Source: an uncultured Actinomycetes bacterium | GTDB taxonomy: Bacteria; Actinomycetota; Thermoleophilia; UBA2241 | Reading direction: 5' to 3' | NCBI GenBank assembly: GCA_963767005.1 | Contig: CAVYCN010000008.1 | Location: 96,001-160,000, forward strand | DNA: 64,000 nucleotides | Notes under the pieces: model-generated | Databases searched by the model: none | What the model was told of the DNA's origin: nothing | What the model saw: only the letters and a program-made list of their open reading frames with translations | Position numbers and translations under genes: made by a program | In this document: positions 57,348 to 64,000 of the stretch, one piece after another | Numbering within the stretch: the stretch's first letter is position 1 | How the letters are laid out: every line of letters begins with the position of its first letter

Positions 57348-58693
57348 GCGCGCCGCCCGCCATCAAGGCGCTCTGGTTCACCGACTGGCCGACGCGCGCC
57401 GTGCGCGAACACTTCGGCGAGCCCGGCGACGAGGGCGCCCAGGCCTGGGTCGATGCCCTGCGCGACGCGCTCGAACCGCTGCCCGGTCTGCGTCTGACCA
57501 TCGCCGTGTCCGACGCGCGCGGCTTTGCGCCCTTCGTGGAGCGCGGCACGCGTTACGTGGCCGTGCCCCAACCCGCACCCGGGTCGGGCGCATCCGGCGT
57601 GGCTCGGCGCTGGCTGCGCGCCGGCGGGCCCGACACCGTGCTCGCCGCCGCCCGCGCCGTGGTGCGCGACGAGCACCCCGACATCGTGCACGTGCACGGC
57701 ACCGAGAACCCGTACGGCCTGCTCGCCGCCGAGGTGGCGCCGCTGCCGGTCGTCGTCTCGCTGCAGGGCCTGCTGCTCGCCTATCACCGCGTCTTCTTCG
57801 CCGGCCGGCCGGCCGGCGACATCGCCCGCCTGGCCGCCACCGCCGAGTTCCTCAAGGGGCGCGGCCCCCTTCACGGCTACCGCTTCATGGGAGCCGCAGC
57901 GCGCCGCGAGGAGCGCATCATGCGCGCGGGCCGCTGGTTCATCGGCCGCACCGACTGGGACCGCAGCATCCTCGCGGCCGTGAACCCCGCCGCCGCGTAC
58001 CTGCACTGCGACGAGATCATGCGTCCGCCCTTCTACCGCACGTCGTGGGCCGACGCGCCGCATCGCGGCACCACGGTGTACTCGACCTCGAGCGTCATGA
58101 TCTGGAAGGGCGCCGAGACTCTCATGGAGGCGGCCGGCATCGTCGTGCGCCGCGGGGTGAACGACCTGCGCGTGCGCATCGCCGGCGTGCGCCCGGGCTC
58201 CGAGCTCGACGCCTACTACCGGCGCGTCGCGCGGCGCTTCGGCGTCGAGGCCCACGTCGAGTGGCTGGGGCGGCTGGACGCCGTCGCGATGGCCGCCGAG
58301 CTGCAGGGAGCCGATGTCTTCGCCTACCCGTCGCACGCCGACAACAGCCCCAACAGCGTGGTCGAGGCGATGCTGGTCGGCGTGCCGCTCGCGGCCGCCG
58401 GCGTGGGCGGCGTCCCGAGCCTCGTCGCCGACGGCGTCGAGGGCCTGCTCTACCCGCGTGGCGACGCCTGGCTGCTGGCCGACGCCATCATGCGGCTGCT
58501 CCGCGACCCCGCCCGGGCGGCGCTTCTGGGGGCGGCGGCGCGCGAGCACGCGCTGCGGCGCAACGACCCCGCGGCCATCGCGCGGCGCACGCTCGAGATC
58601 TACGAGCAGGTGCTCGGCGAGGCGCGCGGCGGCGCGGGCGCGGGCGCCCCTGGGCCGGCCGCGCCCGCCTACCAAACGAGTGAGGGGCCGTGA
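57344..58693 (+). CDS. glycosyltransferase family 4
   Basis: PDIVHVHGTE, KGAETL, PSHADNSPNSVVEAMLVGVP, GGVPSLV. Confidence 0.9.
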   Translation: MSAPPAIKALWFTDWPTRAVREHFGEPGDEGAQAWVDALRDALEPLPGLRLTIAVSDARGFAPFVERGTRYVAVPQPAPGSGASGVARRWLRAGGPDTVLAAARAVVRDEHPDIVHVHGTENPYGLLAAEVAPLPVVVSLQGLLLAYHRVFFAGRPAGDIARLAATAEFLKGRGPLHGYRFMGAAARREERIMRAGRWFIGRTDWDRSILAAVNPAAAYLHCDEIMRPPFYRTSWADAPHRGTTVYSTSSVMIWKGAETLMEAAGIVVRRGVNDLRVRIAGVRPGSELDAYYRRVARRFGVEAHVEWLGRLDAVAMAAELQGADVFAYPSHADNSPNSVVEAMLVGVPLAAAGVGGVPSLVADGVEGLLYPRGDAWLLADAIMRLLRDPARAALLGAAAREHALRRNDPAAIARRTLEIYEQVLGEARGGAGAGAPGPAAPAYQTSEGP

Positions 58694-58847
58694 CACCGGG
58701 TAGAAGAGCGTCTTGCGGCGCGCCGGTGGCCCAGGGGCGGTGGCGAGCCGCTCGTGCAGGTGCCGGTCTCGGCGGCCGCCGGCCGGCGGCCGTGGCCAGG
58801 CAGGACTCCGCGCCGCCGGAGCAGAAGTGGAAGGCTGGTGCGGGCCC

Positions 58848-58876
58848 CTCAACAGGCGCAGGCGGCGTGCCGATAA
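58848..58876 (+). promoter_or_regulatory. sigma28-type promoter
   Basis: cTCAA-N16-GCCGATAA upstream of the wzc-like gene. Confidence 0.7.
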
Positions 58877-58948
58877 CACGACAGGCCGGACGGCTTGCGG
58901 CGGTGGGTCGCCGCCGACCGGCCGACAGACGACCACCCGGGTGATGCG

Positions 58949-60649
58949 ATGACGTTGCAGCAGGACGAGGGCCTGTCCCTCCACAGCTACTTCAGGGTGA
59001 TCAGCCGCTGGAAGTGGCTGATCATCGGCGCGACCGTGGTGGTCGGGTTCCTCGGGGCGGCCTACGCCTGGACCCGCACGCCGCTGTACCAGGCCGGGGC
59101 CCAGATGCTCTACCAGCAGCAGCCCACCGACACCCTCGGCTCGACCGGCATCGACCCCAACCAGCAGCAGGCCGACATCGGCAGCGTGCCGGCGGTCGTC
59201 GCGAGCGGCCAGGTGGGCAGCGTGGCGGGTCAGAAGCTGTCGGCCCGTGACCGGGCGGCCGGCTACTCGACCGGTGTCGGCCTGCAGACCGACCCCAACA
59301 CGAGCGGCTATACCAGCGTCGTCACGATCTCGGGAGTGTCACAGGACCCGCAGACCGCGGCCGACGTCGCCAACGCGTACGCGAACGCCTTCGTGTCGTG
59401 GCGGCAGAACAACGCCCGGGCGCGGCTGAATCAGATGATCCTCGCCCTCGAAGGTCAGCAGAAGGGCCTGGCGACGACGAGCGCGTCGTATCAGCAGCTC
59501 GCCAGCCAGCTCCTGACCTACCAGCTTCTCGAGAAGAGCGTCACCGGCGACTTCAGCGTGATCTCGCCGGCCTACCCGCCCTCGGCGCCGTTCTCGCCGC
59601 GCAAGACACGCACGCTGGTGATCGCCGCCATCCTCGGCCTCGTGCTGGGTGTCGCCGCCGCGTTTCTGCTCGAGCAGCTCGACACGCGGGTGCGCGACGA
59701 AGACCAGGCGACCGACATCCTCGGCCTGTCCGTCCTCGGTCACCTGCCGCCGCTCGCGCGCAAGGCCGGTCAGACCGGCGTGGTGCAGATGCTGGTCAAC
59801 CCGTTCGGCCTCATGGCCGAGGCCGTCCGCGTGCTGCGCGGCAACCTCGACTTCATGGGGGTCGACGGCGAGGTGCGCACCCTGCTCGTGTCGAGCTCGG
59901 TCCAGGGTGAGGGCAAGAGCATGACGGCCTGCAACCTGGCGGTCTCGATGGCGCTCGCCGGCAAGCGCGTGGTGCTGGTCGACGCCGACCTGCGCCGGCC
60001 CCGCATCCACACCTACCTGGGCGTGCAGAACAGCGTCGGCCTGTCGTCGGTGGTGGCGCGCCGCGCCGAGCTTTCCGACGCGCTCGTGTCGATCACGCTC
60101 GACAAGGCCGTGGGCACCGGCGACGGTCTCGCGGCGCCCGACGTGCGGGTGCGCGAGGGCGCGCTGCGCGTCTTCTCGGTGGGCGGCCGCGACGGCGGCG
60201 ACGAGCGCACGGCCGACGCCGTGAGCGGTCGCGACGCAGGCACGGCCGGCTGGTCGACCGGCGCCGACGACAACCCCGTCCTGCGCGTGCTGCCGAGCGG
60301 CCCGCTGCCGCCGAACCCCGGCGAGATGGTCGCCTCGCGGCGCTTCAGCGAGCTCATCGACGAGCTCGCCGACGACGCCGACCTCGTCCTCGTCGACACG
60401 CCGGCGCTGCTGTCGGTCGGCGACACGGCGGCCATGGCCGCCCACGTCGACGGCCTCGTGTTCGTGGTCAACACCGCGCAGGTGCGCCGGCCCATGCTCG
60501 AGCGGTCGCACGCCCAGCTCGCCAAGCTGCCCTGCCGCAAGCTCGGTCTCGTCCTCATCTCGAGCAAACGTGCGCACGGGCCGTACTACGGGTATCACTA
60601 TCACCGCGCCTCCGTTCCCAAGGCGGGGCGCACCACTACGTCGGTCTGA
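58949..60649 (+). CDS. polysaccharide co-polymerase / BY-kinase fusion (Wzc, CpsC-CpsD type)
   Basis: Two TMs flanking an extracellular domain; Walker A SSVQGEGKS, DADLRRP, VDTP; C-terminal Tyr cluster PYYGYHY. Confidence 0.9.
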   Translation: MTLQQDEGLSLHSYFRVISRWKWLIIGATVVVGFLGAAYAWTRTPLYQAGAQMLYQQQPTDTLGSTGIDPNQQQADIGSVPAVVASGQVGSVAGQKLSARDRAAGYSTGVGLQTDPNTSGYTSVVTISGVSQDPQTAADVANAYANAFVSWRQNNARARLNQMILALEGQQKGLATTSASYQQLASQLLTYQLLEKSVTGDFSVISPAYPPSAPFSPRKTRTLVIAAILGLVLGVAAAFLLEQLDTRVRDEDQATDILGLSVLGHLPPLARKAGQTGVVQMLVNPFGLMAEAVRVLRGNLDFMGVDGEVRTLLVSSSVQGEGKSMTACNLAVSMALAGKRVVLVDADLRRPRIHTYLGVQNSVGLSSVVARRAELSDALVSITLDKAVGTGDGLAAPDVRVREGALRVFSVGGRDGGDERTADAVSGRDAGTAGWSTGADDNPVLRVLPSGPLPPNPGEMVASRRFSELIDELADDADLVLVDTPALLSVGDTAAMAAHVDGLVFVVNTAQVRRPMLERSHAQLAKLPCRKLGLVLISSKRAHGPYYGYHYHRASVPKAGRTTTSV

Positions 60650-60741
60650 AGCGGCGCGGCGAGCCGATGCAGCGACGGCGGGGTCGCGCGGCGCCGGACA
60701 CGCCGCCTTGCGCCGCTGAGGAGCTTGGAGAGGGGGCCAGG

Positions 60742-61749
60742 ATGAGCGCGACAAAGCCCAAGCCCGACCTGCCGTCGATCAGCCTGGTCGTGCCGTGGTT
60801 CGGGCCGCTGCCGGTCTGGTTCGACATCTGGCTCGTGACCTGCGGGGCCAACCCCACGATCGACTGGCTGCTGTTCACCGACGAGCCGCTCGAGGGGCGT
60901 CCCGTGCCGGCCAACGTGCACGTGCACGAGATCTCCCTGGCCGGACTGCGCCGGCGCTTCAACGAGATGCTCGGGATGGAGGTCAACCTCTCCCACCCCT
61001 ATCTGCTCTGCAACCTCAAGCTCGCCTACGGCTTTCTGTTCGCGAAGGAGCTGGCCGGCTACGAGCTCTGGGGCTACTGCGACGCCGACGTCGTCTGGGG
61101 CGACCTGCGGCGCTTCTTCCCGGCCGAGCTGCTGCGCGCCTACCCCAAGCTCCAGCAGAACGCGCATCTGACCCTGTACCAGAACACGCCCGAGACGGTC
61201 GAGCTGTTCCGCCAGCCGCATCCCGACCCGCACAAGGACTACAGGGTCGTGTTCCGCGAGGATCACGTCGTCAATTTCTGTGAGTGGTACGGAGCGCACG
61301 AGCTCGCCTATCTGGCCGGCCTCGACCAGTACCTGGTGGAGCGCTTCGTCGATGTCGACCAGAGTTCGGCCGGCCTGCGCGGCATCGGCTTGCGCAACTA
61401 CGAGCACCAGCTCTTCTACTGGGAGGACGGACGCCTGTTTCGCGAGTACATCGACGATCCCGGCGTCGATCCCGAAGACGCCGCCTGGCCGCGGACGCAA
61501 CGCGACGAGTTCGCCTATCTGCACCTGCAGAAGCGTCGCATGAGCGCGCCCGGCTTCGACCCGTCCGCCGTGCGCGGTTTCTACATCACCCCCCACGGCT
61601 TCGTGCAGAAGGTCAAGGCGGCCCACTGCCTCGACGACTTCCGCCTGTTCAACCCGCGCGGCCCGCAGCCGGCCGCCGATGGCGGCACGGTCGCCGTGCG
61701 GCGCCGTGTGCGTCGCCTCGCGCGCAGCCTCCGGCAGCGGCGACGGTAG
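60742..61749 (+). CDS. DUF6625-like polysaccharide-locus protein (putative glycosyltransferase)
   Basis: VVPWFGPLP, WLLFTD, YLLCNLKLAYGFLF, WGYCDADVVWG, YLHLQKR. Confidence 0.7.
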   Translation: MSATKPKPDLPSISLVVPWFGPLPVWFDIWLVTCGANPTIDWLLFTDEPLEGRPVPANVHVHEISLAGLRRRFNEMLGMEVNLSHPYLLCNLKLAYGFLFAKELAGYELWGYCDADVVWGDLRRFFPAELLRAYPKLQQNAHLTLYQNTPETVELFRQPHPDPHKDYRVVFREDHVVNFCEWYGAHELAYLAGLDQYLVERFVDVDQSSAGLRGIGLRNYEHQLFYWEDGRLFREYIDDPGVDPEDAAWPRTQRDEFAYLHLQKRRMSAPGFDPSAVRGFYITPHGFVQKVKAAHCLDDFRLFNPRGPQPAADGGTVAVRRRVRRLARSLRQRRR

Positions 61750-61753
61750 CGCG

Positions 61754-62911
61754 ATGACCGACGAGCTCACGGGCACGGTCCCGCGCCTGCGGGTCCTGAT
61801 GCTGACCGCCTATCCGGCGATCGGCGGCCCGCTGCCCAAGCTCGCGCCGCTCGTCGCCGACGGCCTGCGCGCCTGCGGCTGCGAGGTCGAGACGCTGGGC
61901 TGGAGCGCCCATCGCGCCGGCTACGAGTCGTTTGCCGCGAAGCTCCTCGGGCGCGGCGTCGACCTGGCCCGCGTCCACCGTCGCCTGCGGTCGTTTCGGC
62001 CCGACGTGGTCTACGTCGCCACCGCCCACAACCGCACCGGCCTGCTGCGCGACCTGCCGCTGGTCCTGTCGGTCCGGCGCCGGCGCCCGCCGCTCGTGCT
62101 GCACCTGCACGGCAGCGAGGCCGACCGGCTCGGCGCGCCGGGGCAGGGGATCTACACGGCCCTGTCGCTGCTGATGGTGCGGCGCGCGGCCGCGGTCATG
62201 CTGCTGTCAGGCGAGGAGCTCGCGATCTGGCGGCGGCACTGCCCGGGGGTCGCCTTCGACGTGGTGCTGAACCCGTTCGTCGCGCCGCGGGCGGCCGCGG
62301 CGCCGGCGCGAGACGGCGGCGCCGGCCGGCGCCCCGCCCGCCTGCTCACCGTCGCCCGCCTCATCCCCGAGAAGGGCGTGTTCGACCTGGTCGACGCGCT
62401 CGCTCTGGTCGACCACGGCCGGCCCTGCCGGCTGGTCGTCGCCGGCAACGGACCGGCGCGCGACGCGCTCGTGAGCCGGGCCGCCGCGCTCGGGCTCGGC
62501 GACCGCGTCGAGGTGCGCGGCTACCTGGGCACGCCCGACCTGGAGCGCGCCTACCGCGAGGCCGATGCCTTCGTCCTGCCGACCTACTTCGCCGAGGGCT
62601 TCCCGCTCTCGGTCATGGAGGCGATGGGCCACGGGCTGCCGATCATCACCACGCCCATCCGGGGGTGCGCCGACTACCTGAGCGACGGCGAGCACGCCCT
62701 GTTCGTGCCGGCGCGCGACCCGGCGGCGCTCGCCCGCGCCGTCGAGCGCCTGCTCGGCGACGACGCCCTGCGGGCGCGCATGAGCGCCGCCAACCTGGCG
62801 CGCGTCGCCGACTTCGCGCCGGCCCGCGTCATGCCGCACTACGCCGACATCCTGCGCGCGGCCGCCGCGGCGGCCGCGCGCAGCCCGGTGCTAGAATCCA
62901 CGACAGCGTAA
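61754..62911 (+). CDS. glycosyltransferase family 4
   Basis: HLHGS, ARLIPEKG, FVLPTYFAEGFPLSVMEAMGHGLPII. Confidence 0.92.
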   Translation: MTDELTGTVPRLRVLMLTAYPAIGGPLPKLAPLVADGLRACGCEVETLGWSAHRAGYESFAAKLLGRGVDLARVHRRLRSFRPDVVYVATAHNRTGLLRDLPLVLSVRRRRPPLVLHLHGSEADRLGAPGQGIYTALSLLMVRRAAAVMLLSGEELAIWRRHCPGVAFDVVLNPFVAPRAAAAPARDGGAGRRPARLLTVARLIPEKGVFDLVDALALVDHGRPCRLVVAGNGPARDALVSRAAALGLGDRVEVRGYLGTPDLERAYREADAFVLPTYFAEGFPLSVMEAMGHGLPIITTPIRGCADYLSDGEHALFVPARDPAALARAVERLLGDDALRARMSAANLARVADFAPARVMPHYADILRAAAAAAARSPVLESTTA

Positions 62912-62923
62912 GGGGGGATCACG

Positions 62924-63940
62924 ATCGACGCCCACTCCCGAATCCTGATCGCCGGCCATCGCGGCCTGGTGGGCAGCGCCATCACGCGCGCCCTCGAGGC
63001 TCACGGCTACGACCACCTGATCAAAGCCGACGTGGACGAGGTCGATCTCACCGACCGGGTCGCCACCCACGCGTTCTTCGAGCGCGAGCGGCCCCAGGCC
63101 GTGATCCTCGCCGCCGCCAAGGTCGGCGGCATCGTGGCGAACTGGGAGCAGCCCTGGGAGTTCGTCGCCGTGAACCTGGCCATCGAGCTCAGCGTCGTCG
63201 GCGAGGCGTTCCGCGGCGGGGTCGAGAAGCTCGTCTTTCTGGGCAGCTCCTGCATCTACCCGCGTGAGGCGCCCCAGCCGCTCAAAGAGGAGTACCTCCT
63301 GACCGGACCGCTCGAGGAGACCAACCGCGCCTACGCCGTCGCCAAGATCGCCGGCATCGAGCTCTGTCGCAGCCTCAACCGCCAGTACGGCACCGACTAC
63401 ATCTCGCTGATGCCGACCAACCTGTTCGGCCCCGGCGACAACTTCGACCTGCGCACCAGCCACGTGCTGCCGGCCATGATCCGCAAGTTCCACGAAGCCA
63501 AGCTCGGACTGCCCGACGCCGACGGACGGGCGCGCGAGCCGATGGCGCCGGTCGTCTTGTGGGGCACGGGCAGCCCGCGGCGCGAGCTGCTGCACGTCGA
63601 CGACCTCGCCGCGGCGGTCCTGTTCCTGCTCGAGCGGGTCACCGCGGCCGAGCTGCCCGACGGCATGGTCAACATCGGCACCGGACACGACCAGACCATC
63701 CGCGAGCTCGCCGAGCTCACCCAGCGCGTCGTGGGTCACACCGGCGCGATCGAGTGGGACACGAGCAAACCCGACGGCACGCCCCAGAAGCAGCTCGACG
63801 TGGGGCGCATCACCGCCCTGGGCTGGCGCCCGCGACGCACGCTCGAGGAGGGCATCCGCTCCACCTACGAGTGGTACGTCGCCCACGCGGGCGCCGAGCG
63901 GGGCCGGGGAGCCGACGTCACGAGGACCGGCGCGGCCTGA
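62924..63940 (+). CDS. fcl: GDP-L-fucose synthase; apparent non-canonical ATC start
   Basis: IDAHSRILIAGHRGLVGSA, AAAKVGGI, FLGSSCIYP, YAVAK, MPTNLFGPGDNF, SHVLPA, WGTGSPRRE, KPDG. The GxxGxxG motif begins upstream of the track's GTG (62969). Confidence 0.9.
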   Translation: MDAHSRILIAGHRGLVGSAITRALEAHGYDHLIKADVDEVDLTDRVATHAFFERERPQAVILAAAKVGGIVANWEQPWEFVAVNLAIELSVVGEAFRGGVEKLVFLGSSCIYPREAPQPLKEEYLLTGPLEETNRAYAVAKIAGIELCRSLNRQYGTDYISLMPTNLFGPGDNFDLRTSHVLPAMIRKFHEAKLGLPDADGRAREPMAPVVLWGTGSPRRELLHVDDLAAAVLFLLERVTAAELPDGMVNIGTGHDQTIRELAELTQRVVGHTGAIEWDTSKPDGTPQKQLDVGRITALGWRPRRTLEEGIRSTYEWYVAHAGAERGRGADVTRTGAA

Positions 63941-63972
63941 CGGCCGGTCCGGCGAGCCCGAGGAGAGAGCCG

Positions 63973-64000
63973 GTGGCAAAGACGGCACTGATCACAGGCG
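63973..64000 (+). CDS. gmd: probable GDP-mannose 4,6-dehydratase, N-terminus only (truncated by window)
   Basis: AGGAG RBS, GTG-AKTALITG; adjacent to fcl. Confidence 0.6.

Noticed and set aside
407-63988. Many long overlapping ORFs in the track (e.g. 1651-3117 -, 14316-16370 +, 24641-26773 -, 24946-27279 +, 47896-49713 +)
   Set aside because: Shadow frames typical of very GC-rich DNA: Arg/Pro/Ala-rich, no recognisable motifs, and overlapping well-supported genes.

Overview
Very GC-rich bacterial chromosomal segment. An anaerobic actinomycetote such as Thermoleophilia is a plausible source, but this is inferred from GC bias, promoter style and gene content only. Left part: FAD/Fe-S oxidoreductase (partial), a four-subunit 2-oxoacid:ferredoxin oxidoreductase operon (delta-alpha-beta-gamma), a small signalling-like neighbourhood (orphan response regulator, DRR/ERR peptide, DAG-kinase-family protein, divergent UDG, Roadblock/MglB, degenerate GGDEF), iorA-iorB-ACT-paaK, a class A PBP and tatA/B-tatC. 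Centre: a complex I operon nuoABCDH-[..]-JKLMN in which nuoI is split in two. Its N-half is fused to a NuoE/HydC-like subunit and its C-half to a NuoG/GltD-like (Stn/NfnABC-type) subunit, with a bifurcating-type HydB/NuoF gene in between. This looks like an electron-bifurcating flavoprotein module inserted into the middle of nuoI and is the main candidate novel system. Right part: ymdB, then a ~30 kb surface-polysaccharide locus running off the window end (priming transferase, epimerase, many GTs, FemAB-like, pyruvyl-transferase-like, deacetylase, two AsnB-like proteins, Wzm/Wzt, Wzy/ligase-like, Wzc, fcl, gmd). This locus contains an atypical tRNA-Cys and several sigma28/WhiG-type promoter motifs. 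No CRISPR, rRNA, transposase or integrase was seen.
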